Shown piece by piece: positions 27,129 to 41,549 of a stretch of DNA of 64,000 bases. The notes beneath the pieces were generated by a model, which was given only the letters and a program-made list of their open reading frames with translations, ran no database searches and had not been told where the DNA came from. The translations under genes and the position numbers were made by a program. This DNA comes from Mizuhopecten yessoensis (taxonomy: Eukaryota), in the NCBI RefSeq assembly GCF_002113885.1, contig NW_018408039.1:100406-164405 (forward strand), written 5' to 3'. The stretch's first letter is position 1; every line of letters begins with the position of its first letter.

Positions 27129-27238
27129 GATTGCGGGCGTTTCAGTGTTCTGTTGATTATCATGGGGGGCTGCCATCTTCAGGTCATGTTGCGTTCTGTT
27201 ACCAGGGCGACAAGACATGGCATTTATGGGCATATCAA
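27129..27238 (-). CDS. Candidate 110-nt internal exon (xDMPINAMSCRPGNRTQHDLKMAAPHDNQQNTETPAI); product unknown
   Basis: Minus-strand acceptor ctattttctcgtgttacacAG and donor GTAAGT; one open frame entering in phase 1; GC-richer than flanks; no recognisable homology. Confidence 0.3.
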
Positions 27239-28746
27239 CTGTGTAACACGAGAAAATAGACCTTTTTTTAATTCTGTGTGTTTCGTTTCCAGGGTTTTGA
27301 ATCATCGCAATAGGAAAGGTCATATGGACCCGAGTGACTAGGAAGACGCCACTGAGAAGAAAGAGGGACGTTACACAGAAAAGAAAGGCAGGATTCTGAA
27401 GTATTACAGCGGGAGCAGTATATCAGTATTGTTTTGTCGATATCCCCAAAATATAAGACACAAAAGAACACCATTAGTTATGCCTGAGGGTCACATAGGT
27501 GCCTCATACGATCACGTGCTTACAATTGGACAGAGCAACTCTCCCCTCCCCTAAACCTGCACAGGTACAATAGAAAAGGGAGCCGCAGTCCTTTGTTATA
27601 ATCTATTTATTGAAGAAAAAGGGTTCACTGGAATTATATAACATGTCAATCTCTTTCGCTACTCAACTGAATGCTATGATGCATGACCAAGGCATATAAA
27701 TGAAATTCAGATAATGTGTCATTTTGAAGCATTTAACCTGGACAAAAAAAATGATTTACACGTTATAATCTGTTGACCTATTTGTATAAAGACTTAGTAT
27801 TATTACTACATGAACGTCACTATAAACCACGTTATAATAGCTAAAGCACAAGTTCAATATACCCAAATAACACATATCTGGATTTCGACTTTTTATTTTG
27901 GGTCATTAAATATGATTTATAAAGGAGTTGACATAATGGGTGACTTAAGCAACTTCCTTTCAGGGGGCTTGATGAACCTTAATGGCAGCTGTGCTATGTG
28001 CTATGAGAAAAACTAAAACTGGAAGTTTAACAGTAATATTTTATTTTGGGGCAGGGAGAGGGGAGGGGGAGGGACAAAATTTCAAAATTCAACCAGAGGG
28101 GTACTATTCTTGAATTGTCAACCACAAGGATCGCGGAGAACTACACAAGTTATGATTCTCATTCCAAAGGTTGAAATAACACTAAAATAAATGTTTTCTA
28201 TTCCTCCTAATCTGTAAAACATATAGAGTCCATGATAAATACAATTGTTTTTTTACAATACTTCTATGATTACTATACGTATCGATTTTGAACACTGTGT
28301 CTGGTTCCTATGTGAATATTGACCGCATCGAACTTCCAACCATTACATGCGCTCCTCCTGTGTCAACGTAATTGCCAAGTTGATGTTTTCAGTCTGTTTG
28401 TAACATTAAATACATGCGTGTATCATCCAGCTGAAGACACACCCACGGGTGATTAAACACATTTGTAACGTGATGTCGTTCGATGCTGAAATGCTCAGCA
28501 TTTGTGCAGAGCTCCATAGACAACGTGTAAGCGGATGTTATAGCACACAGCCTGGCGGTCTAGATTGTAGACAGCTTGCATGTGTAAGAAGTAACCATAT
28601 TTGTCAAGTTAATGTACTGTTAGTATAAACCATATTTTATTTCGTAAATTTGCAATTACAATATACAGACCATTTAATTATTACATACATGAAATAGGAT
28701 CCAGAAACAAGTTATTAAACTTATATCAATCTGTTTCCTTAATGTA

Positions 28747-28840
28747 CTGTTAATCTGTTACATTTCGCGAATAAGATATTTTCGCGTCAATTCGAGAATA
28801 AAAGCAGCAACCGAAACCTGATAGATATCGCGATTTATAG
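28747..28840. mobile_element. Short decayed TA-target MITE
   Basis: ta|ctgttaatc ... gatttatag|ta with internal ttcgcg repeats. Confidence 0.5.
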
Positions 28841-29199
28841 TAATTGATTGTTATATATGGTTATCGTTAATTCAAAATATAGAATTCCTTTGGGGAAATA
28901 CATGAAGAACATTGAATTTATCCTGGGAAGGTTTTAATGAATGGTAGATTCAAAATATATTGTCTGCAAAATGTTTTGAATAAACAGTGGTCTAAATTAT
29001 TGAAAATGCAGCATGTTCCCTTTTGCTGTTTATATGTTTTATAAAGGTTAAAACAATCATATTACGTTTTTTTATTATCTTAATACCATAGATGAGGTCA
29101 TTATGTCATTTTTATGTTTATATATTTCTAATATGAACCTGCTTGTATATATATATAGACATGTTCGTGTATAGTTTTATCACATAATGTACTGTACTG

Positions 29200-29545
29200 T
29201 GTTATCCAGTGAATATACCCATGTTATATTTATTTGCGTATTAACCCATGTACTATGACTTATCAACCCTGTGATTGGTTGTAAGTTTCAATTGTTTCAA
29301 TTGTGACGTCACGCCTAGGACAAATACTTGACGTCACAGACTTACGCACTGGAGTCAACATGGCGTCTTTATTCATTTCGAGGTTGCATGAATATTGTCG
29401 ATTTTACACGAATAAATGCCAGAAATCTTGATTATGTGATAAAAAAAAAAATGAAACTCGTCACGAATTTTTCTTTTTGCTCGCCAGAGGCTCGCTAAAC
29501 TGAAAAATTCTTAGACTCGTTTCATAAATCTCATATAAAATGGAA
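29200..29545. mobile_element. Non-autonomous DNA element with terminal hairpin at 29451-29525; left boundary approximate
   Basis: atgaaactcgt..gaatttttc..gctcgccagaggctcgc..gaaaaattc..actcgtttcat hairpin, preceded by tgattgg, two tgacgtca and aacatggcg motifs. Confidence 0.5.
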
Positions 29546-32500
29546 ATGTATATAAAGGAACTTGGGAAATTGCCAGAAAGAATATTTGCTTCAACTACCT
29601 GCCAAATGCAAAGAGCGCTTTACAATACAACAAAAAAACACAGTCAATTATGCGTTATTTAGTTGTGACGCTAGACAGTACATATAACGTTGTAACCAGT
29701 TTTGAATCATGGGAGTTCAAGCAGCGCTTATCATGTGATAACATCAGGAAGCGATTTTGTACAATGTCATAACTTTTGAAACACAGGGCATAGACAATGA
29801 CGAGATTCAACACTTACTTCTTTTGTTTCCATTCTATTTGGTAGATAATTAAAGAACAGTTCAGCATTTTTAGGAAAATTATTTCTGCAAATATTCCACA
29901 GGAGTGTCCTTAATGTACATGTTTTACTGAGTATCCAAGTAAAGCATGACTCCCTAGTAGTTATATCTTAATCTGCATGAATATTCATGAACATGGTCAT
30001 CATTAGTGGTAAAAAGACGATCTGTACTTCATCTATATATAGTTCGTCGGGATCAATTTAGAAATAACCGGTCATTGCTTTGGCAATACAATAGTTCCAA
30101 GGTTGTATAGTAGATACGTATGCCATTTATACGATTCACAATCAATGCAATTCCTTTCCGCAGACAAAAGAAGGCGACGGAGGTCGGAAATGTATGTAAA
30201 TGTGTATTACGCGATGTTATGCCTACCAAGTCGACATCATGCTCGCCTATGTGTTGACCTTTCGGGTTTTTTTCTGTGACATGTATATAATCTTCTTGGC
30301 AAATTGTTTCACCGGTGAAAATGTATACACTGTTTCATCGTTTTAAACCTCTTTGTTCCTAAAATGACAATGAACGGAACCCTTGATGTGGCATAAGGGA
30401 AAAAACTGTTGCCTCATTTTCATAAGATTTTGCTCTCCTCGCGCAGTCTAAGGGGCGATACAGCATCACTCCGAAAATAAATGACTTAACGTTAAGTAAA
30501 CATCCTAATAATAAAGTTGCAGGTCCCGACGATGAAAGACCATGAATGAAGTCGCAATCGCACATACTACGCAGATTGTATGTGTAAGAATAATTCAATA
30601 TTGTTTGTAACATGCTTTTTCATTGTTTTGTGTTTACAGTCTATCAAGGGATACATCGAAAAAAAATTAAAACTACATTATTAAAAAAATGGGAGTCAAT
30701 CAAACTGCAATGATTTTGTCTTGAAATATTAACTCTATAAAATAGACGTGAATGGTCTAAATAAACTAACTTTAACAATGGAAAATATTTACACGGGCTC
30801 AATAATCCTGAACACAGCCGATAGAAATATGGACTTTCTAGGGACTTCGAACAGCTTTGATTAACCCTCAATCTGATATGGAATACGTGTGACCTAAAAA
30901 GCGGGCACTCAGACGTATGCCTATTTTCTGCTTTAGTATTCTATGTGCTGTCAAAAAGGTAGTACACTATTGTAAATCTTCAATCCTGACAAATGTCGAA
31001 GATGAACATATCAACAGTGTTGGACCAAGAGCCTGTTTGGTTTACAAACACCTCCCCCCCCGGTCCTTTTTCATTTCAAGTCGAGGTAAAAAAAAATAAA
31101 AAAATTGTACCATCCAAGATTGAATCCCCCAATTAACAATAAAATCAATTTCCATTTTCCACGGAATCTTAGAGCTCTAAACATGTTATAAAATCAAGGA
31201 AGAATGGCGATATCTACATCACTCATCTGCGTCGTGCTAAAGGGACGGGAAAAGAATAGACCTCCTTTTTTAACGTACTGAGTGATCCTATGAACTTAGG
31301 AGACGGTCATTAAGATGAGTCGCCTACCGTATTAGATGATTTTCCTATTTTTTTGCACAAGGAAAATTGCTGACACTGAAATCGATCCGCTTTGCCCGAT
31401 TGCAATACTTTCGGCATCCATTTTGTCTATTTATTCTGTTTAGATGCAATGCTGCAACACTGAAAAACCCAACTTATGTTCATGGGTATCCTTGCATTAT
31501 CTGCAATCCTTTTTCACCCCTCCCCCCACTAAACAAAGAAGATGCTGTACAAAATATTATATTGAAGAGATTCTGACTCTGTATGAAAATAATCCTAGCC
31601 ATTCTCATCCTTGACAAAACGTACTGAAACAATTTAGATATAAAAGGGTCGTAAACGACAGCTTGTGGAGGCTTGTAGAGGCTTGTGCTCACCTGATTAT
31701 TTTCTTATCTGAGCTGGACCATAAATTGAATGACAAGTTTCTACTATCTTCTAATCAAGTATCACAACTTGCAATTACTCTACAGAATAAAAATAAACAT
31801 ATCTTATTGTAACAATTACAAATTAGGTAATTGATGTATTGGATTGAGAATTGGCCGAGCAGGTGTCTTAAGCAATTAAGTGATATTTTAGCTATCTTTG
31901 AACATAAATGAGCCGGTATCGATTCAGGAATAATAATAGAAGTATTGGTATCATCTTTCGTTTAGAAAGAAGGTAACGTACAGTACAGCTAAGAATAAAA
32001 ATGGGAGTAAAACACTAAACTTAAATCGCTTTCTATTTATAGTTTATTTCAAATTCAAATTAGCAATTCTTACGAAAGGTCAAACTGAAACTTGGTAATA
32101 CTTTTGAAGTAAGTATGCGCTTTAGTAAAGCTTCAAACACAACAACAGTGTAGCAACGAGTACATTGCAGATTGACGTATATCTACTGGATTTTAGCCAA
32201 TTTTAAAAAGATGTCTAATTGCATTTGAAATAAAAAGTACAGAGGAACTAGAAAATAATAACAGTCAAAGGATTAATAAACCAATTTTAAAAAGAAACGC
32301 ATATCTTATCATTAAATTAAAGTTCCGCTTTGCAATACAGGGCAAAATATGTACTGTACTGCCCCGGAATTGATATAAGTATACTTACAAAAGTAAAATT
32401 TACTTTCAAACACAAGAACTTAAAAGAAATGTTCATTGCAGTTTTAATTCGATTTTCTAGCTGGTGTTGCAACAGAGCATACAACTCGAATTTCCTTTTC

Positions 32501-35500
32501 GCGAGAGCTGAGTCTAGTTATGACAAAGCAATCCGTACCAGCACTACACTGACGTGCGTCAAAATTAACGTCACTGTCGCGTAACAGATTATGGCTCCCC
32601 ATATTGTTGAAGTCGGTTCGGCATATCATGTGCGATATGTTATGCTTTCGCCATAGCTGAATAAAAAGATACCTGTGTTAAACTATGGACTTAATGTCGA
32701 AGTGCAAGTACTATATATCGAAACAGCTGTCAACGCAATAAGGTTTAGCGATACTAACTTCAATTCGCCCAGTCGATTACTATATCTCTAACGTCGGCAA
32801 GCTGGTTCTCTAACTAGGCCATTATTGGGTCAGTATGCATGGGGTCGTACAGCGGTTTTAGTTGCCAACTCCCCCACGTCTTTTTAACCGTAGTGTCACG
32901 AAACCAATTGAGGAAATCAACGAGGGGCAGTCACACGTTAGCAAAAGCACTGCAGAACTGCAAAACATAGCAAAGACATAGGATCGCTACTAATGATAAT
33001 AAATAGCTTGAAATACAAATACAATACCTGGCACTCAATGTAACATTAATTGCTGCAGAGAAATAAAAAGACTTCAATGCAGTCGATGGGCGCACATGCC
33101 GCTGGCTTTTTCGACCTTGTGCGGCTGGAAAGATGATAGTTGTCATAGCTTTAATCTAGAAATAGAATCAATTCATGTATTTTGCCGTAATTTCCTCTAC
33201 AGGTGTCGACATCACGGCTTGCACTGTTCAGCATATTACTTCGCGATCTTCTGAAGAATGTTTTCTATAATAAGGGCTTTCGACATATCTGTGTATATCT
33301 CTCTTGGTTATTTATCAGAATCTCGCTCACAACAAATCCTTTGTGCCTATCAACGCACTTTGTAATTAAGGTTTCGTACAGTAACGGTAATAGGGTTTCG
33401 TCATATCTCTATGTATACATGTTTCTTTTAATAAAAAAAATGTATATATATATATATTTATAATGAATATTTGTGACAAAAAGAAAGTAATGATGTCATA
33501 TCACCGAAAAGTGTTACGACAAACGTCCACCCCACGTGAACTTTCGGGGCAGATTTTAACACCAATATATGACGTCATTCGTGTATAGTGAACATGTGTC
33601 ATAATGGCATCATGTCATGTGCAGCAGTTTACTGATTCAGACACGTTCGGTGTTGGTCGACATGTTATTCTCTGAAGCAAAGCAAACATGGCGGGAGGCC
33701 TGGGCTGTCAATAACAGATATTTAAAGTGTGGATACGTCATCAAGAATAGATTTGAAATAAACCTGTAGGTGGAATCGTAATTTGAAATTCACCACGCTC
33801 TGGAACTTAAGGCATTTAGCAGAAGGATGTTCTTGACGTTTGTGAATTGATGACATATACACAATATTTATCATGAAACGTTTTGTTGTTTATGGAAATG
33901 TGTTCTTTCCTTATCCGTTCATCCCATCGTTATAAATTCCCATTCTATACTGCCTCTGTCAATTTTCGTGAAACTTGTCATCGGTAACGATAATCATCGA
34001 ATTAGATTTTGAAAAAAAAAAAACTTCATTTACTTTACAAAAAAGACTAACAAAGTTCTACTAGCTAATATGAGTCACTCTTCTTGGCCCGGATGGTAGC
34101 GCACAGGCGGGTCTTAATATGTTAGGATACTGGCGATCCAGAGAAAACCAATTAGGTAGAGTAACCGTCCCCGTACTTATTCACGTCCAATCTTGGAATC
34201 GAACTATGGCCGCCTTTGTGAAAAATGACTGCCTTAGAAATAAGATCATGCCGAACAAATGGTAGAATGACAATGGGAGCTCGAGCTTTCGTTTGTAAGT
34301 TAACAGGAAGTGACGTCAGAAGATTATGTTCAAATGTTGTCCCGCTACAAAATTGCAACTCGTACCTAGCGTTTTTAACATATGGGATCTATAGATAAAC
34401 CCAGTGTGATGATTAGGGTGCATCAAGATCAATTTGCCTCGTGTTTCGTGGGTGATTTTATCAGGTTCTGTGACTGGGCCTTGCAAAGCAGGATCTCTAA
34501 TGCAGGAGTGTTTTATAGACAAACGATAATTTACTATCTGGGTTATTCTTAAAAATGCTAAAACGTATAATTGTAAATGGAATAATAACGCGGATAAAAA
34601 CGTATTTCTTTGAGAATTGAAAAAGAAAACAGATAGAAATAGAAATGAACAATAGATGCAAGCGTTTTCAATACGTCGATTCGAAAAAAGAAACGTAGAA
34701 TTTCGAGTAGTGATATTTGCCTTATTTTTCTGTTGGTTCGGCAATGTCGCTATTTAGCCTTTAAAGCCAGTGACATATTGTAAAATGTGTTATAAGCATT
34801 GAATTGGTTTTATTGGAATTCACAGTCAACAGAAATCTCAACTAGAACCTATACATTCATCATTAAGGCATTAAGAACATTACGTCATGAAACTCTCTTG
34901 TCTGGTCGACATTCATACTCAGTATGAATGCCAACGAATAATGTGATTAAGTTCAAAAGATAACAATAATTTCCAGAACAAATGGAAATGACTGCGAGTA
35001 TATTCAAATGATCAAAGTAAGCGATATTATAAGTACAGGTACATGTAGTTGAATTGAGAAAATATGGACACTAAACACACTTCAAGCCGTGACAAAAAAG
35101 TGAAAAAATAATGTATTAAAAATAATTTATTTCCCTCTTGTGTCAACAATACTCTGAAATAGACCCCCAGGTGTGAAAGTGTTTCAGACTATTGCCGGCA
35201 CAATCTTGAAAATAATATGCATGTTACCCTACGAAGTTGTTGTTTTATACATTCTATAGATAAATCGTATCATATTTAATTAGTCTAGACAATATTTTGT
35301 CAAAACGTGATATAATTTATCAATTGTCTCCTGTCATTTTCTCACACCAATTCGTCGTAAAAAATACATATTATGCTTCGAACAATATCTTGTTTAAGAG
35401 ATGGTGTTTCCGGTGTATATATGTGTATATATGTTCATTTCCCCGCCTCGTTATGGCGTTTTTGTTATTTGCACGACAATTTTGTTTCCTTGATAACGCG

Positions 35501-35527
35501 AATCGACTCCATTAGAGCAATTATAGA

Positions 35528-35544
35528 CAGCGCCATCTAACGGC
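35528..35544 (-). promoter_or_regulatory. CTCF-like motif
   Basis: Minus strand GCCGTTAGATGGCGCTG vs the CTCF core CC(A/G)(C/G)(C/T)AG(A/G)(G/T)GGC(G/A)(C/G). Confidence 0.45.
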
Positions 35545-35832
35545 AACGATAAAAACAGGCAGACAAGAAGAGTCGCGTGCCCTGTGCCAATACAGCCGTC
35601 TGTAACTCCTCCGACCTAACGAGAAACAATTCTATGACGGCTATCAAATAAAACATAAATCTCACAGGAATTCAGACTTTTTGTAGGATCGGTGACATTT
35701 TTCACAGAACATACATTGATTCCGGAACAAAAGTTGTTTGAGCTGTTCGCGATTGAGTAACCTGTTGATGGATTGCGATATAAAACAAACTATAGATTGC
35801 AGCACTAATGCAATGTTGTCACAGTCGCGTGT

Positions 35833-35848
35833 TGCGCCCCCTATCGGC
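35833..35848 (-). promoter_or_regulatory. CTCF-like motif
   Basis: Minus strand GCCGATAGGGGGCGCA. Confidence 0.45.
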
Positions 35849-36811
35849 TGTGCGAGCTTTTCAAAGCAGACCAGCAGACGGAAACATCATGGATTCAGAT
35901 ATAATCATACTGCATCAGAGATCACTGCTGGCTCCGTCACTTTGATCTGTCCCCACGTGACCTATGACGCAAGACTTTCCGTAGGTTCAAACTGCTAATC
36001 AAAATAATTATTAAAATAATGAACGAAATTTATCAAAATATTCATATTTGCCAATCGCAACCCATCAGAGGTTTTCATCCGCTTCATTACTTTCTTGGTA
36101 TATCAGCAAATGTTTTCAGGATATTGTGATTGTATTTTCTTGACGGAAAGCACTGCTTGATTTGATACAGGAATATCAAATACTAGAAAGCGAATTTTTG
36201 GGAGTAAAAAGTGTATAGATTCACGTACGTAACAGTCTGAGGTATACTCCGAAATATTATTACCAGGAAGTCAGTCACATATAAACCCAATATTATATAT
36301 CAACAAATGGGTTTTCTTCAACAGATCTCTCGAATAGTAATACATCCTTCCTCAATTGTTTTGGATACCTATCACATAAGAGGTATGGAAGCTGACAGTG
36401 TATTTGTCTATGCTTATTTGCGGAGGTCAAAGTCAAATGTCGTTGTTCCGAGCAATGAGTATAATACATTATTTTAACCGGGTACAGGTTTAGGCTCTCT
36501 ATGTAGCCAGTTTAATCCACAAAGATTCAGAGAGTCATGGGCGTTAATAAACGATAAAGGTGATACAAAGGAGAAATCACGTACAACCAATTTTCTTTTA
36601 AGGATCCCCGTACCGATGCGAAAATCTGAAACTACACGAATTAGAAAAATCTCACATAATGATCCCCGCACAACTGCCAATAACTATAGAAACGCATCGG
36701 AAACGGTTTTCTATCCTTTGGGAACCTCGTACATCATCAAAAGTGTACATACGCATCACAAACTTGTTTTCATTAAGGAACGCCGTACTAAATGTATTAT
36801 TAAAATGGAGT

Positions 36812-38619
36812 TACGCATTAGAAACTATAATTATACTATAAACATGTACATACGCATTAGGAACTATAAATGTACTATAAACATGTACATACGTATTAGG
36901 AACTATAAATGTACTATAAACAGGTACATACGTATTAGGAACTATAAATGTACTATAAACATGTATATACGCATTAGGAACTATAAATGTACTATAAACA
37001 TGTATATACGCATTAGGAACTATAAATGTACTATAAACATGTACATACGCATTAGGAACTATAAATGTACTATAAACATGTATATACGCATTAGGAACTA
37101 TAAATGTATTATACACATGTACATACGCATTAGGAACTATAAATGTACTATAAACATGTATATACGCATAAGGAACTATTAATGTACTATAAACAGGTAC
37201 ATACGTATTAGGAACTATAAATGTACTATAAACATGTATATACGCATTAGGAATTATAAATGTACTATAAACATGTATATACGCATTAGGAATTATAAAT
37301 GTACTATAAACATGTATATACGCATTAGGAACTATAAATGTATTATACACATGGACATACGCATTAGGAACTATAAATGTACTATAAACATGTATATACG
37401 CATTAGGAACTATAAATGTACTATAAACATGTACATACGCATTAGGAACTATAAATGTACTATCAACAGGTACATACGCATTTGGAACTATAAATGTACT
37501 ATAAACATGTATATACGTAATAGGAACTATAAATGTACTATAAACAGGTACATACGCATTAGGAACTATAAATGTACTATAAAAATGTATATACGTATTA
37601 GGAACTATAAATGTACTATAAACAGGTACATACGTATTAGCAACTATAAATGTACTATCAACAGGTACATACGCATTTGGAACTATAAATGTACTATAAA
37701 CATGTATATACGTATTAGGAACTATAAATGTACTATAAAAATGTACATACGCATTAGGAACTATAAATGTACTATCAACAGGTACATACGCATTTGGAAC
37801 TATAAATGTACTATAAACATGTATATACGCATAAGGAACTATTAATGTACTATAAACAGGTACATACGTATTAGGAACTATAAATGTACTATAAACAGGT
37901 ATATACGTAATAGGAACTATAAATGTACTATAAACATGTATATACGCATTAGGAACTATAAATGTACTTTAAACAGGTACATACGCATTAGGAACTATAA
38001 ATGTATTATAAACATGTACATACGCATAAGGAACTATAAATGTACTATAAACATGTACATACGCATTAGGAACTATAAATGTACTATCAACAGGTACATA
38101 CGCATTTGGAACTATAAATGTACTATAAACATGTATATACGTAATAGGAACTATAAATGTACTATAAACAGGTACATACGCATTAGGAACTATACATGTA
38201 CTATAATCAGGTACATACGCATTAGGAACTATAAATGTACAATAAACATGTATATACGCATAAGGAACTATAAATGTACTATAAACATGTACATACGCAT
38301 TAGGAACTATAAATGTACTATCAACAGGTACATACGCATTTGGAACTATAAATGTACTATAAACATGTATATACGTAATAGGAACTATAAATGTACTATA
38401 AACAGGTACATACGCATTAGGAACTATATATGTACTATAAAAATGTACATACGCATTAGGAACTATAAATATACTATAAAAATGTACAAACGCATTAGGA
38501 ACTATAAATGTACTATAAACATGTCCATACGCATTAGGAACTATAAATGTACTATAAAATGTACATACCCATTAGGAACTATAAATGTACTTTAAACATG
38601 TACATACGCATTAGGAACT
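36812..38619. repeat. 39-bp minisatellite, ~46 copies
   Basis: Unit tacatacgcattaggaactataaatgtactataaacatg; the source of the repetitive MYIRIRNYKCTIN ORFs. Confidence 0.98.
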
Positions 38620-41316
38620 GTTTTTTAAGCATGACTTTAGCTTTTATAAATATTGTCAGAAAAGAACACAATGCGGGATTTGTATGAAACAAATTACAAC
38701 GGTGAAATAAAGCATTATCAAAACAGTATTTTGTGGGTAAAACTTCAGAGGGCCCAGACTTGAGTTCGAATCCAACCAACTGAGCTACAAATTAAAGTAA
38801 GGTAGTTATATAAAGCTTACAGGGATCCGAGAGAATCAAACACATTATCGTTGGCTTTAGTTTCAGGTCTAAACGGAAACATATACCGCTTTGCCATAAG
38901 CAAAGGATTTTGTTCATAAATTCTGCATACTTATGATGATTTGTAACCCAGCTTTCTATTTCGTTGTGGAAGAAATAAGGTAATGACTCAGGAAGAATTA
39001 TTTAAATTCAGGGAAATATGTAACATATCTAAACATGGAAGGAAAACATCAAATTACGGCCTTATAACACCGAAAAGATTCAGCAGAGACTCAATTACAG
39101 GAAGTCATCTTGTTCTGTATCTAAATGAAAAATGTGACTCTCGTTTAGGTATGGTAAAGAAAGGGTCATCAATCAAATCAGATCTTCTCAAACCGTCTAA
39201 GTCCAAACCCAAATGAGGAATGATTACGGCAATTAGGCAGTGATAAGTATCACTTAAGAACAGACAAAATAGCCTATTTTCGTTAATGTCCATTTTCTTA
39301 GCCAGAGGGTTGCCCTCGGTAGTTTACAATAGGTCAATGTAATCGGCTTTAACAAGCGCCGTCTAGTACTGAAACCACATGATTATTTGCATCATATTTC
39401 CCGAGGACATATTTCGCCCACTTAAAATTAAAATAAAGCCACAGTGTCTGTATCATACAGGAAATACTAGTTTAAGAATATACATATTCTACAGAAAAAA
39501 AAGTTGTAAGTTAACAACGTTGTAGATTTTATAAACACCTTTCAAGTTTTGCTATATTCTACAAATATTTAGGAATGTGTTAGACATAGATCTTCAATCT
39601 TCTGAAATTTAATACCAACTACAACTATGCCATCAAGAACGACCGTTGCCATTCGTGTCCCTGTGCTACAGTATAAGCAAACAAATCTTCGGCAGAGACC
39701 GAAAGTAAAAACAAATGCAAACAGGTATATTTTGGTCGGTTTCATTTATTTTCTTTTTTGTCTCCTGAACAAGATTGTAAAATTATTCAATGAAAAGGCA
39801 TTTGGCGATACAATGTATGACATACTGATAACTCGGAGTTATCGTTTGACAACAACAGCAACAAAACAAACCAAGACAACGGGGAAGTGTCAACAACACC
39901 ATATTCGTACACAAAATCAACATAACTATGGCAAAATATAAACAAAGGAAAGATTTACATGGGGACACTTAAAAGTACAAGAAGAATAAGACCAGATGTT
40001 CCGAAAAGAACAGCACCCTGCTTGGTATACAACGGAGGAATGCTCCAATTTGTTTGCCTTTTTTCTGACTTGGAATCGCGTATCCATATACTATAGCTAA
40101 GGATTATATGAAAGAAATGTATTAATGATGATTTTATTTTTATAAAAAAAAAATCGTCGACAAGACTTCGATAGCATAGCAAAAATTGTTTATATCACAG
40201 AAAACCTATCCACAATGCTACTGTTCTTGATAGGTGTTTCATTTCAATAATTCCTGCAATATTTCTTGGAGTACGTTAAAATTACTATTTCTTTGAGTAA
40301 AGAAAAAATAGTCATTAACGTGCTTACAGACACGGTTCTAGGGAAATATGAATGTCCACTGTATTACAGGGAAATGGCATTTATAACGCCTATGAAAATT
40401 ATCTGAAAGACAAAGACGTCACATGCTTACATGTGTTTGCCGTTCTGTCATTTATGAAAATAATAACGACAAATTAAAGATTTAAGGATAAAATTCCCAC
40501 GAAGTTTCACTGGGCAACTGATGGAACAGCCCTAAGCGCATTTTCCTGTGACTGAAGTTTTCAAATATAGTCCGAGGACCCAACAACAGTAAAATATGTT
40601 TTATCAGTTTTTTACTAATTTTATGGCACTTTAACGATCATAAAAGAATATATGATACAACAATAGTGTTTGTTAATGACGTCACACTGCAGAGGCATGT
40701 CCGCTGAATTCGAAAAGAATTTCGCTATCATTTTTTTCGATGATATTGAAGACTAAGTTTGGATGGACGTGCCGTAGAGTTAGCTAGTCAGTGCTGGCTT
40801 TTACTTAACAGCATAGACCTGTGGCATAGCTGAAGACAAAATTAATTAAAGTTAAACCGTATGGTAATTTTAATAGATTTGAATAGTATTGCCATGGTTT
40901 CATGCATTTTTTGTTCCATACCATCCAGGTTTTGCGACTTGTTTTATCGTGCGACTGAACTGGAATGTCATATCACTTTTAAATCTTTCCACTATAATTG
41001 GAACGGACATATATAGTGAGAATACAATTGACAGCCCAGACAAAAACAAACACGGAATGGTCTTGAGATTTTTGAATTCCCACCTTTACACGAACAACCT
41101 TGCAATCTATGTCTCGTTGGAGACATGTCGTCTTCAGACAATTTATAAACATGACCCAACAGGATGAAAACCTAGATTTCAATTTAACTCACATTTATCT
41201 TATGAATAATTCATCAATGTGACTATATCTATCTCCCAAAATAGCACACCAAATGAGGTCCACGAAGGGGAGAAGGGGTACTATTCTAAAACAAGGTATA
41301 TACATTTATATCCGTC

Positions 41317-41492
41317 AATAATCACGGAACAAACCTACTGCATTTTGAGATTTGCGGCGGTAAATCGTAGTAACATTGTCGCAAATTGGGTTTTTCTGGC
41401 TCCGCGTCGCCAGTAAAACTCCAATTGCGACAATATGATCACGATATATCGCCGCAAATTTCAAAATACGGTAGGGTTGTCCCGTAATTGTT
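41317..41492. repeat. Long imperfect palindrome (~85-bp arms)
   Basis: ttttgagatttgcggcg..attgtcgcaa..ctggc|tccgcgtc|gccag..ttgcgacaat..cgccgcaaatttcaaaa. Confidence 0.9.
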
Positions 41493-41549
41493 CACATATA
41501 TTTTTATTTAAGCATTGAACTGTTTTTGTATGGTATTTATGATCTATTT

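Noticed and set aside
28048-28073. G-quadruplex-forming tract
   Set aside because: The pattern is present but isolated and common, with no supporting context.
30225-30245. HDVDL on the minus strand resembling the GT7 DxD motif
   Set aside because: Surrounding residues do not match the family and there is no usable splice acceptor.
36616-38595. 180-220-aa repeat ORFs
   Set aside because: By-product of a 39-bp unit; open on both strands, broken by stop variants, no unique domain.
39105-39293. ORF with CLIAVIIP resembling the galactosyltransferase VAIIIP motif
   Set aside because: Lacks the following (F/Y)R.R; in-frame stops upstream; no fitting splice sites.
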